From a virus (Duplodnaviria; Caudoviricetes): a DNA stretch of 26,836 bases. The notes beneath the pieces are model-generated. The model was not told the origin of the DNA and searched no databases. It worked only from the letters and a program-made list of their open reading frames with translations. Position 1 is the stretch's first letter; every line of letters starts with the position of its first letter. Shown here piece by piece: positions 8,677 through 15,678 of this stretch. The stretch is taken from IMG/VR virus record IMGVR_UViG_3300005254_000140, positions 1-26,836 of that record; one strand, given 5' to 3'. The translations under genes were made by a program, and so were the position numbers.

Positions 8677-10207
8677 TGTCTTCATCCTCTTGCTTTGCCG
8701 GCGCTGTCTTTTCCGACGCGAGCACCGGGAACGAAACCTTTTTCTGCTCGACCATCGCCTGGAACTCGGCGATCTGCTCGAGCACCTCTTCCACATCGAG
8801 ACCCATCTCGGAAGCGACGCGCTGCGGGCTGGTGAGCCCGGCATTGATGGCGGCGATAACCGCCTGGATATCCTTGAGCGGGTCCACCCAGCTCCAGCGC
8901 CGGCCCTGGTGGCGGTGCTCACTGAAGCGGTCGATGAGTTCTTCTTGAGAAACAACGCCGCCGAGGCGGCCATGGAATACCGCGTTTTCCAGCCAGCGCA
9001 GGTAAATGCGCTCCTTGACGGCGGAGATGTAGGAGTCCTGCTTGACCTTCCAGCGCTCACGCTCTTCCAGCGTGCCGCTGCGGATGCTGGAAAAATTCAC
9101 GTCGGTGAGGTCGCCGGTCAGCCCGTGATAGGAGACGCCGGTGCCCATCGCCATGTCGCGCTTCAGGGTTTTGGTGAAGGGCTCGAAATTCTCGTGCGGG
9201 TATTTCGGGTCGAAGCCGACGAAAGTTTTGTCTCCGCTGAGGTGGCCGATGGTGCCGGCCTCGATCTCCTCGATGAGGTCGCCGTTGCTGTCGACCTCGT
9301 CGGCCTCGTCCATCGCGTGGCCGTTGCCTTCTTTGTCGACCACCCAGCCCATTTTGCTGGCGCCGTAGCGGGCGGCGACGATGGCGGTCTCGATGTACTG
9401 GGAGAGCTGGTGGATATCCAGCATGGCGCTGGCCAGCCAGCTCACGCCGCGCAGCTGCTCTGGCCGGTCGGCCTCGAACCAGTGGATGATGTCCTCTGCC
9501 GGCACGCGCTCGTGCTCGTCGCGGATGTGCACCCAGCCGACCCGCTCGCCCTTCTTCAGCCAGTACGCCACCGGGCGGCCTGCCGCGTTGAGCTCGACGC
9601 CCAGGCGGATGCGGTTGCCGTTTTTCAGGTCGACGTTGAGCATATGGTCCAGCCGCGCCGGGTCCAGCAGCTCGATGACGAACCCCCACGGATTGCGGCG
9701 CGTCGGCTGCACATCGTGCAGGCGGATGAGGCTCTCGCCGTCACGGGCGGTAGTGCGCACCGAGACGCGGTCGCAGCCCTGCAGGGAGAGCTTGCCGGTG
9801 ATTTCGCACACACCTCGGCGCGCCCATTGGCGATACTCGCGCTCGGCCAGCGCATTACCGACGCTGTCGAGCTTGCCGTCACGCTTCTTGCCCATCACCT
9901 GGGTGACAAAGCCGTTGGGGCCGACGATATGGGTTTCGTTGAGGGAGAAGAAAGAGCGCGCCAGGTTGCTGTTCTGCTCCAGCTCGCGGGCGCGCAGGCG
10001 AATGATGGGGAGCTGGCTCTTGAGTTCCTGGTTGATATCGCCGCCACCGCTGAGCCAGTCGGCGGTAAGGCGATCCGTCTTCGCCGCCTTCCAGGCTCGC
10101 GCGACAGCAAACGGACGCCAGCGCGAACGGCGGCGACGAGCAACCTCCTCAGCCGCTGCCGCCTGAGTGTCTTCCCTGCGCGTTAATTTTGAGAGCCAGC
10201 TCGCCAT
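8657..10207 (-). CDS. Portal protein, lambda family
   Basis: RARELEQN, IRLGVELNAAGRPVAYW, RPEQLRGVSW, VNFSSIRSG and WVDPLKD motifs. Start at ATG 10207 (or GTG 10213). Confidence 0.95.
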   Translation of the reverse strand: MASWLSKLTRREDTQAAAAEEVARRRRSRWRPFAVARAWKAAKTDRLTADWLSGGGDINQELKSQLPIIRLRARELEQNSNLARSFFSLNETHIVGPNGFVTQVMGKKRDGKLDSVGNALAEREYRQWARRGVCEITGKLSLQGCDRVSVRTTARDGESLIRLHDVQPTRRNPWGFVIELLDPARLDHMLNVDLKNGNRIRLGVELNAAGRPVAYWLKKGERVGWVHIRDEHERVPAEDIIHWFEADRPEQLRGVSWLASAMLDIHQLSQYIETAIVAARYGASKMGWVVDKEGNGHAMDEADEVDSNGDLIEEIEAGTIGHLSGDKTFVGFDPKYPHENFEPFTKTLKRDMAMGTGVSYHGLTGDLTDVNFSSIRSGTLEERERWKVKQDSYISAVKERIYLRWLENAVFHGRLGGVVSQEELIDRFSEHRHQGRRWSWVDPLKDIQAVIAAINAGLTSPQRVASEMGLDVEEVLEQIAEFQAMVEQKKVSFPVLASEKTAPAKQEDEDNGNTQD

Positions 10208-10260
10208 GAGCACCGATTGTCCGGTGCTCTGATGTGACGGTTATATATACAGCGTCAGAG

Positions 10261-10371
10261 ATTGAGCGGACTCAGCTAAAGCTGCGCGGGTTTCGGTGTC
10301 CGTGGTTTCGTTTGCCATGTTCGCTTCTCGTGGTTTCGTTTCCGGCGGGCCGCTAAAGCAGGGCGTTAGCC
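10261..10371 (+). mobile_element. attC-like site 1 (left end degenerate)
   Basis: L''-like ttgagcggac pairs imperfectly with gccgctaaa. G/T-rich centre. Ends GGGC-GTTAGCC (R', 10365-10371). No intact RYYYAAC at the left end. Confidence 0.6.
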
Positions 10372-10605
10372 GTTGAAGTTCACCGGCTCACCGTTCAGCC
10401 GCGTGATACTGGTGGCGGCGTACTCCCCTTCACCGGAGGCCGAGATGATCTCGTTGCCTTCCCAGTGATCGAAGATGATCCAGCGCTTCGTTCCGGGGCA
10501 TTTGGTAACCGTGATCCGATCGCCCTTCTTCAGCACCTTCTTTGCCGCCTCTGTTGCTTTGGCCAGCCGCTCTCTCCTGGCCTGCCGTTCCTCTTCCGTA
10601 TACAT
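10366..10605 (-). CDS. Cassette A hypothetical protein (79 aa)
   Basis: MYTEEERQARR... with GGAG RBS; the TAA lies within the R' box of attC1. Confidence 0.8.
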   Translation of the reverse strand: MYTEEERQARRERLAKATEAAKKVLKKGDRITVTKCPGTKRWIIFDHWEGNEIISASGEGEYAATSITRLNGEPVNFNG

Positions 10606-10628
10606 CGCCGTTTCTCCAAGCCTTACTC

Positions 10629-10733
10629 GGCTAACAAGGCCGCTCCAGCCGACAGGCAAAAGCGGCGCGGTTTCAGTTTTCTATCTGGCCTCGGTTGGCC
10701 GCTTTTGCCGTCGGCTGAGCGGCGGCGTTATGT
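10629..10733 (+). mobile_element. attC site 2 (canonical, 105 bp)
   Basis: GGCTAAC-aaggc-CGCTCCAGCCGAC-A-GGCAAAAGCGGC ... GCCGCTTTTGCC-GTCGGCTGAGCG-gcggc-GTTATGT. It has R''/R' boxes, 5-nt spacers, long paired arms and two unpaired bases (C and A on top, i.e. extrahelical G and T on the bottom strand). Confidence 0.9.
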
Positions 10734-10871
10734 GCCTTTGCGCATCCGCTTAATATAGGCATCAACTTTTACCTTCTCGGCATCGGTTAGGTAATACTCA
10801 CGCCGCTTCTGCCCGACATCGGCCCTGCGTTTCCGCAGGGCCTCCTGTTTCTGCTTGTTAGTGAGGGCCAT
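10728..10871 (-). CDS. Cassette B small basic protein, likely DNA-binding (47 aa)
   Basis: Hand-translated MALTNKQKQEALRKRRADVGQKRREYYLTDAEKVKVDAYIKRMRKGT*. TGATG coupling to the upstream gene; the TAA lies in the R' box of attC2. Confidence 0.75.
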   Translation of the reverse strand: MALTNKQKQEALRKRRADVGQKRREYYLTDAEKVKVDAYIKRMRKGT

Positions 10872-11110
10872 CAAACATAATCGCCTTCGGCATCTCGCAT
10901 GGTGATAACGGCTATGGTTTCTCCGTTCCAGGCCAGGTTGTCTGCCTGCGTTTCACCGCGCTCATAGGCGGCAGCAACGACGAGAGCGGCTTCTTCGCTG
11001 GTAGCGGCTACCAGGATGCTGTTTTCTCCATCCCACTCGGCATTTTCGTCTGCGGCGGTAACGTCGCCCTGGTCAACAAGGTAAAGACTCAGTTCGTTGT
11101 AGTTGCTCAT
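10871..11110 (-). CDS. Cassette B acidic hypothetical protein (79 aa)
   Basis: Strong AAGGAG RBS; lies directly downstream of its own sigma70-like promoter. Confidence 0.8.
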   Translation of the reverse strand: MSNYNELSLYLVDQGDVTAADENAEWDGENSILVAATSEEAALVVAAAYERGETQADNLAWNGETIAVITMRDAEGDYV

Positions 11111-11162
11111 GGTCGCTTCTCCTTTCTAGGCTTCGGGCTAATTCCCTCCGTCCTTGGTAATA

Positions 11163-11191
11163 ATACTAGCGTGGTTACCGGTAACCGTCAA
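11163..11191 (-). promoter_or_regulatory. Sigma70 promoter with palindromic operator in cassette B
   Basis: TTGACG-17 nt-TAGTAT on the minus strand. The perfect 14-bp palindrome GGTTACCGGTAACC (11173-11186) lies in the spacer. A/T tract upstream (11204-11220). Confidence 0.8.
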
Positions 11192-11229
11192 GAGGGAGGA
11201 TGCACTTTTTTAAAAAAAGTTACCCCGGC

Positions 11230-11377
11230 ACATAACCCGGCGCTTCAGCCGATTCGTCGCCGCGATGCGGCTCTCCGCACCTCGCGTCAGTGCGCCTCGG
11301 TCTTGGTTTCGGTGCTGGCCTTGGTTTTGGTGATCCTCTCATCGTCTGCTCCGCGCCGGTAAGCTGTCTCGTTATGA
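11230..11377 (+). mobile_element. attC-like site 3 (148 bp)
   Basis: ACATAAC-ccggc-GCTTCAGCCG ... CGGTAAGC-tgtctc-GTTATGA, with a G/T-rich centre; arms are less perfect than in attC2. Confidence 0.75.
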
Positions 11378-11578
11378 ATACTTCGCGCACCCGAGGCACA
11401 CGTGCATCCAATCATCAATCCTGAAATATTGCTCCCCAACTGCAATCTCATCCCCGCACACGCGGCACTTCGTTGGCTTCGCTCTCTTTCCCTTGTTCAT
11501 ACCGCGCACGGTGAACGGCACCCTCACATCCGCCGGCTTTCCGCCGATCTCGGTCACATGAACCATATTCATAACCAT
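11372..11578 (-). CDS. Cassette C small zinc-finger protein
   Basis: CRVC...CLGC; start at ATG 11578 or 11572 (GAGGTG RBS); the TAA lies in the R' box of attC3. Confidence 0.7.
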   Translation of the reverse strand: MVMNMVHVTEIGGKPADVRVPFTVRGMNKGKRAKPTKCRVCGDEIAVGEQYFRIDDWMHVCLGCAKYS

Positions 11579-11880
11579 CACCTCAGCCAGTACCAGGTCT
11601 CACGCCTGGCGATCTGCCCAATCGTCATGATATGCACGCCCTTCATCACCGCGACCTCCTGCTGCGTGTGTTTCTCGAGAAGCAGACGGATGTCCCGCAC
11701 GTCGCAGGCGCTGAGCTTGGTGGTGGCCTTCGGCGCCTTGACGCGGTAACTGCGCAGCAGGCGGAAGAAGTGACCGCGTGAGACGCCGGCCAATTGTGCC
11801 GCCCTGGCACGGTTCAGGCCTGCCATGGCCAGGCACATCATGACCTCTGCTTTGCTGGGTGTGCTGTGAATGGCGTGCAT
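11578..11880 (-). CDS. Tandem HTH protein (Fis-like HTH plus second HTH)
   Basis: GLNRARAAQLAGVSRGHFFRLL, then KLSACDVRDIR...TQQEVA...TIGQIARRETW; AAGGAG RBS. Confidence 0.75.
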   Translation of the reverse strand: MHAIHSTPSKAEVMMCLAMAGLNRARAAQLAGVSRGHFFRLLRSYRVKAPKATTKLSACDVRDIRLLLEKHTQQEVAVMKGVHIMTIGQIARRETWYWLR

Positions 11881-11892
11881 ACTGTTCTCCTC

Positions 11893-12441
11893 TTAGCGAG
11901 TGAAACGGATCTTGATCTTGTTCTGCGGGCGTTCGCCACGCTCCAGGGCGGCGGCGGTCTCTTCGCTTTTCACCTCGCGCCGGTATCGGTCACGGGCGAC
12001 GATGAGCTCTGCGCTCTTGCGCTCGATGGCGCGCTCCCCGAACTGCCCTTTAATGAGATCCATTTCGTCAGCTGTGGCACGCCCCTCGAGCGCTGCCTCG
12101 ATGGCGTCGAGCATCTTGCGGGCGTGGCTGCGCCCATCGTATGGCCCGGCGGTGAGATCCGGTGTGATGATGATGGTGCCGGCGAACAGCGATCGCTTGC
12201 GCCCGTCGGTGTGGGTGACATAGGCGGTCCAGTCATAGCGCCCGGATGCCCAGGTTGCCGTGGTGGCGCTGTCGACGCTGACCGCGTGATTGTCGCCATC
12301 AGCAGCACTGGTGATGCTGTAGACGGCTGTGGCGTTGAATAGCGCGTAGTGCAGCGTCCACCCATCGCTTGCCGGGTAGTCCGGTAGACTGCGGTTCCAG
12401 TCGAGTGAATCGCCGGCGGCGATTTTTCCGGGTTCGTTCAT
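11893..12441 (-). CDS. Head-tail adaptor (gpW-like C-terminus)
   Basis: 182 aa directly after the terminase; LDAIEAALEGRA...ELIVARDRYRREV; GGAGG RBS. Confidence 0.6.
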   Translation of the reverse strand: MNEPGKIAAGDSLDWNRSLPDYPASDGWTLHYALFNATAVYSITSAADGDNHAVSVDSATTATWASGRYDWTAYVTHTDGRKRSLFAGTIIITPDLTAGPYDGRSHARKMLDAIEAALEGRATADEMDLIKGQFGERAIERKSAELIVARDRYRREVKSEETAAALERGERPQNKIKIRFTR

Positions 12442-12449
12442 ATTGCCTC

Positions 12450-14432
12450 CTAGAAGTTCTGCCAGACGTTGCGCTTGCGCTTGCGCCTGGGCTTTGCGGG
12501 TGGTGGGGTTTCTTTCTTGCTGGCGACGCTTTCTGCAACGGCGGCGTGCTCTTTTTCCAGAGCCGCAGCAGGTGCTGGTGCTGGCGCATCCTGGTTGGAA
12601 AACAGGTCCTTGATGACCGGCTGTACCTTGGCTTCGATCTTCTCCCAGTCCTTATCGCGCAGCTTGTCGATGCGGATCTCCGGATGGCAGGCTGCGGCCA
12701 CGGCATAGACGGTGGTGTCCAGAAATTCGTTGCGCTTGTGGCGCGGCTTGACCCAACGCTGGCGTGTGGTGTCGTAACGCTCGGCGGTGAGTTGCTGGAA
12801 GAACTCGTCTGGCATGTCGCTGGGGAAGCGGAAGCGCTGGTCTTCATATTCCGCGCCATGGTCGGCGGTGAGCTTGGCAAAGATGGCGCCCTTCGCGGTG
12901 TCGGTGCCGACATGCCACAGGTCGACGCCGGCGCGAATGATGCGGCCGCGCACATTCACGTCTTGCGGCGAAGGCCTGCTCGGGAGTATCGGGCGGCCGT
13001 AGAACTTGGACCCCTTCATCGCCATCACGCGGCGATGCTTCCGGGTGCGGCAATACTGGTAGGCCATGTGGGTGTGGTGTCCGCCGGTGTCGACGCCCAT
13101 GCCCAGGACCTTCATCTCCACGCCGTAGCGGTTGGCGAAGCGCGCATCGAGGACGGTATCGAGTTTTTCCCACTCCTCCTCGACGCCTGGCTGGCCTGGA
13201 ACTTCCCAGGCATCGATGGTGAACCATCGGCCACGACCAAAGCCCATGATCTCGATGGCCCAGCGATCGTCCTGGGTATCCACCCCGGCGGTGAGCAGCA
13301 GGCAGCCATCCGGGATGGTGCGCGAGCTGTAGCCGCCGGCGCGATCGGCCACATCCTTCCATTCCACCTTGCCGGATTCGTCCTCGTAGGTCTCGGCCAT
13401 GATGGTGTTGGTGTAGGTTTTCGACTCCTCAGGATCTTCTTTGGCTTTTGCTCGCAGCTCAGTGATTTCCAGCCAGGTGTAACCCAGGCCGAGCGGCGCG
13501 TAGTAGCTCGGCAGTTTGAATCCCGGGATCGGGCTTTCCGGGTTATGAGCAACCCACACGCCGTTAGCCAACATCTCGGTTTTGTGGTGCTCGTCAATCA
13601 CGCAGCCATTAGCCGGGCAGCCGAAGGTGCCGTCATCCTGCAGATGTTCGTCATCCAGCACGATGAGCTGACTGCAGTGAGGGCACGGCAGGTGATAGTG
13701 GCGCTGGTCTGACTGCAGGAATTCCGCTTCGATGGCCGACTCGTCTTTGGTGGTCGGCGTCGAAGTAATGAGAATTTTGCGGCGCGGGAAGGTGGAGGTG
13801 CGGCGCTCTGCCAGGGATATCGGATCGCCCTCGCCATCAACATCGGCAGGATAGGCGTCGACCTCATCCAGGAACAGGAAGCGCACCGGCGTTGAACGCA
13901 GTGCCGCGGCAGAGTTTGCGCCGGCGATCACCAGCACGCCACCGGGGAACTCCTTCATGCTCGAGGTGTTGCCGCTATCGCGGGAACGCGCCGGTTTGAT
14001 CAGGCCTTGCAGCACCTTGGTGTGCTCAACCATCGGGTTAAATCGCTGGCGAGCCCAACGCTTGGTGGCGATCTCCACGGTCGGCTGCACTACCATCACC
14101 GGCGCAGGAGACTGGTGGATGATGCTGCCGAGCCAGTTGTTGCCGACCTCGGTTTTCCCCACCTGCGTGCCGGCGATAAATACCACCTTCTTGCACGGAT
14201 GGTCAGGGCTCAGGCACTGCATGATCTCCCGCAGGTATGGCGTGCGGTCGGTGCGCCACGGTCCGGGCTCTGAGGAACTCTCACGCGGTAGGACGCGGTG
14301 GGCATCAGCCCACTCGTCGACCGGCACCGGTTCGGGAATGGCCCAGCCGTTGGCCCACGCCTGCGCAAACTCCTCACCACCGTTGTCCAGGTGGTAGAGC
14401 TCATCAGCGGCAGGCTTCAGCACGGCGTTCAC
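12450..14432 (-). CDS. Terminase large subunit (lambda gpA family)
   Basis: Walker A-like GTQVGKTE, Walker B FLFLDEVD, STPT, LPCPHC, LTAGVDTQ, RNEFLD. Likely GTG start at 14432 overlapping the terS stop. Confidence 0.96.
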   Translation of the reverse strand: MNAVLKPAADELYHLDNGGEEFAQAWANGWAIPEPVPVDEWADAHRVLPRESSSEPGPWRTDRTPYLREIMQCLSPDHPCKKVVFIAGTQVGKTEVGNNWLGSIIHQSPAPVMVVQPTVEIATKRWARQRFNPMVEHTKVLQGLIKPARSRDSGNTSSMKEFPGGVLVIAGANSAAALRSTPVRFLFLDEVDAYPADVDGEGDPISLAERRTSTFPRRKILITSTPTTKDESAIEAEFLQSDQRHYHLPCPHCSQLIVLDDEHLQDDGTFGCPANGCVIDEHHKTEMLANGVWVAHNPESPIPGFKLPSYYAPLGLGYTWLEITELRAKAKEDPEESKTYTNTIMAETYEDESGKVEWKDVADRAGGYSSRTIPDGCLLLTAGVDTQDDRWAIEIMGFGRGRWFTIDAWEVPGQPGVEEEWEKLDTVLDARFANRYGVEMKVLGMGVDTGGHHTHMAYQYCRTRKHRRVMAMKGSKFYGRPILPSRPSPQDVNVRGRIIRAGVDLWHVGTDTAKGAIFAKLTADHGAEYEDQRFRFPSDMPDEFFQQLTAERYDTTRQRWVKPRHKRNEFLDTTVYAVAAACHPEIRIDKLRDKDWEKIEAKVQPVIKDLFSNQDAPAPAPAAALEKEHAAVAESVASKKETPPPAKPRRKRKRNVWQNF

Positions 14433-14959
14433 TCGAACAGCTCCTCCGCGCCCTTGGAAAGCTCGTTGCACACCCGGCGGATCTCCTCGCTCAGCAACTT
14501 GTGCACCTGCCCGGCGTCAGCCTCAGCCGCCAGCACCGAGGCCAGTCGGTCAGGGATTGCCACCAGCGCCTCCTGAGCTGCCCGCGCCAGCGTGAACGCG
14601 GCATGCTGCACCAACTCCTTCTCCACCAGCCGGCCAGCCTCTTTCTCCAGCAGCATGCGCTGGCGCGCCGCCTTTGCCTCTAGCTCCTCGGTACGCGCAG
14701 CCATGAAGCGCCCGTCGGCTCCTTTTTGTGGCGCCGAAGGCTTTTTCTTGACGCCGGTACGGTCACCACCTCGAGACGGGTCCAGGGAGGCGCTGAGGCG
14801 CTCCTCAGACGCCGAGGCATCAACCCTTCCGTCATCCGTCATCACCAGGAGACCTTTCTGCTTGTACTCAGTCACCGTCGCCCGTGAGACGCCGCGACGC
14901 CTGGCGAACTCCGCCTGGGTCATCACATTGGTGTTGTCTGTCTCGCTCATCATCATCAT
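14429..14959 (-). CDS. Terminase small subunit (Nu1-like)
   Basis: N-terminal wHTH MTQAEFARRRGVSRATVT and a coiled coil ending GRLVEK; overlaps terL. Exact start ambiguous (four tandem ATGs). Confidence 0.85.
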   Translation of the reverse strand: MMMMSETDNTNVMTQAEFARRRGVSRATVTEYKQKGLLVMTDDGRVDASASEERLSASLDPSRGGDRTGVKKKPSAPQKGADGRFMAARTEELEAKAARQRMLLEKEAGRLVEKELVQHAAFTLARAAQEALVAIPDRLASVLAAEADAGQVHKLLSEEIRRVCNELSKGAEELFE

Positions 14960-14965
14960 CCGGTC

Positions 14966-15071
14966 GTGTTAGGTGCTTATGGTGTTAGGGTGTCAGGCAA
15001 AGTTCAGGCCCTATCACTAGCCAAATCCCGCGGTGTTTGGCGCCCGCAGTGGAGGTTCTTGGGAAGGACCC
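14966..15071 (-). other. Putative lambda-like cos site (cosQ-cosN-cosB)
   Basis: GGGTCCT (15065-15071, identical to lambda cosQ), then CTGCG-GGCGCCAAACAC-CGCGGGATTTGGCTA resembling lambda cosN and its flank, then three CCT(A/G)ACAC repeats just before terS. Confidence 0.65.
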
Positions 15072-15427
15072 GAGGCGCTGGCGGCGGTGGTGCGCGCTGC
15101 TTTGAGCTGCTGCACCAGCTGGTGGTGCTGGTTGCATGCGGCGATGGCTGCATCCCGGGCATCTTCCGGCTTGGCGAACTGGTCGGCGCGCCAGGTGCCG
15201 AGGTCTTCGCGCGGGAACGGCATCTCATCGCCGATGGCGTAGGTCACCTTGGCATCGATGCGGCCCTTGATTGGGTCGATCACCGCAATCACCACACGAC
15301 CATCACGCACCTGCTTCCTCTTCGGTCCGTTGGCGTGATACACCCACACGCCAGCAACCTTCACCACATTCACGCGATAACCCTCACTGGATTCGAGTTG
15401 TTGCAGGCCGGTGCGCTCGAAATACAT
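15017..15427 (-). CDS. Hypothetical protein (its 3' end overlaps the putative cos)
   Basis: Open frame MYFERTGLQQ...; the start is uncertain because the upstream extension runs through the iteron repeats. Confidence 0.55.
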   Translation of the reverse strand: MYFERTGLQQLESSEGYRVNVVKVAGVWVYHANGPKRKQVRDGRVVIAVIDPIKGRIDAKVTYAIGDEMPFPREDLGTWRADQFAKPEDARDAAIAACNQHHQLVQQLKAARTTAASASGPSQEPPLRAPNTAGFG

Positions 15428-15428
15428 G

Positions 15429-15678
15429 GGTGTGACGCCTGTGACGCCCTGTGACGCCCTGTTATTTTCGGGTGTCACAACTCTAACCCTTTGTTATTTA
15501 TTATTTCTTTTACCTGTGACAGGTGTGACATCCGTGTAGGCGTGCGCGTGCGTGTGTGTGTGTGCCCGCGCCTGTGTGTATATGTAGGCGTCACAGGCGT
15601 CACGGCGTCACAGGCCGCGCCGTTATTGGGCTGCAGCTGTGACACCCTAAAAAGCGAGGGCGTCACAGGCGTCACAGC
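15429..15678. repeat. Iteron-like repeat cluster, putative replication origin
   Basis: About 12 copies of GTGAC/GTCAC (mostly TGTGACGCC or GGCGTCACA) in direct and inverted clusters, around an AT-rich tract (about 15490-15512) and a (GT)n tract, right after the VirE-like gene. Confidence 0.75.

Noticed and set aside
8677-9060. 128-aa N-terminal extension of the capsid ORF in the ORF track
   Set aside because: It is an off-frame overlap with the portal gene and Ser/Arg-rich; a good RBS and ATG exist at 8676.
112-10186. Long plus-strand ORFs (e.g. 1898-3379, 6850-8835, 8465-10186)
   Set aside because: These are antisense shadows of GC3-biased minus-strand structural genes, with no motifs or RBS.
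10301-10341. 13-bp direct repeat cgtggtttcgttt as a target-site duplication
   Set aside because: The copies start only 28 nt apart inside the G/T-rich attC1 loop, with no element between them.
11569-11630. Possible fourth attC (TCATAAC...GTCATGA with a ccagg/cctgg core)
   Set aside because: Pairing is poor, it has GTC instead of GTT, and it lies within the HTH coding sequence; at most a relic.
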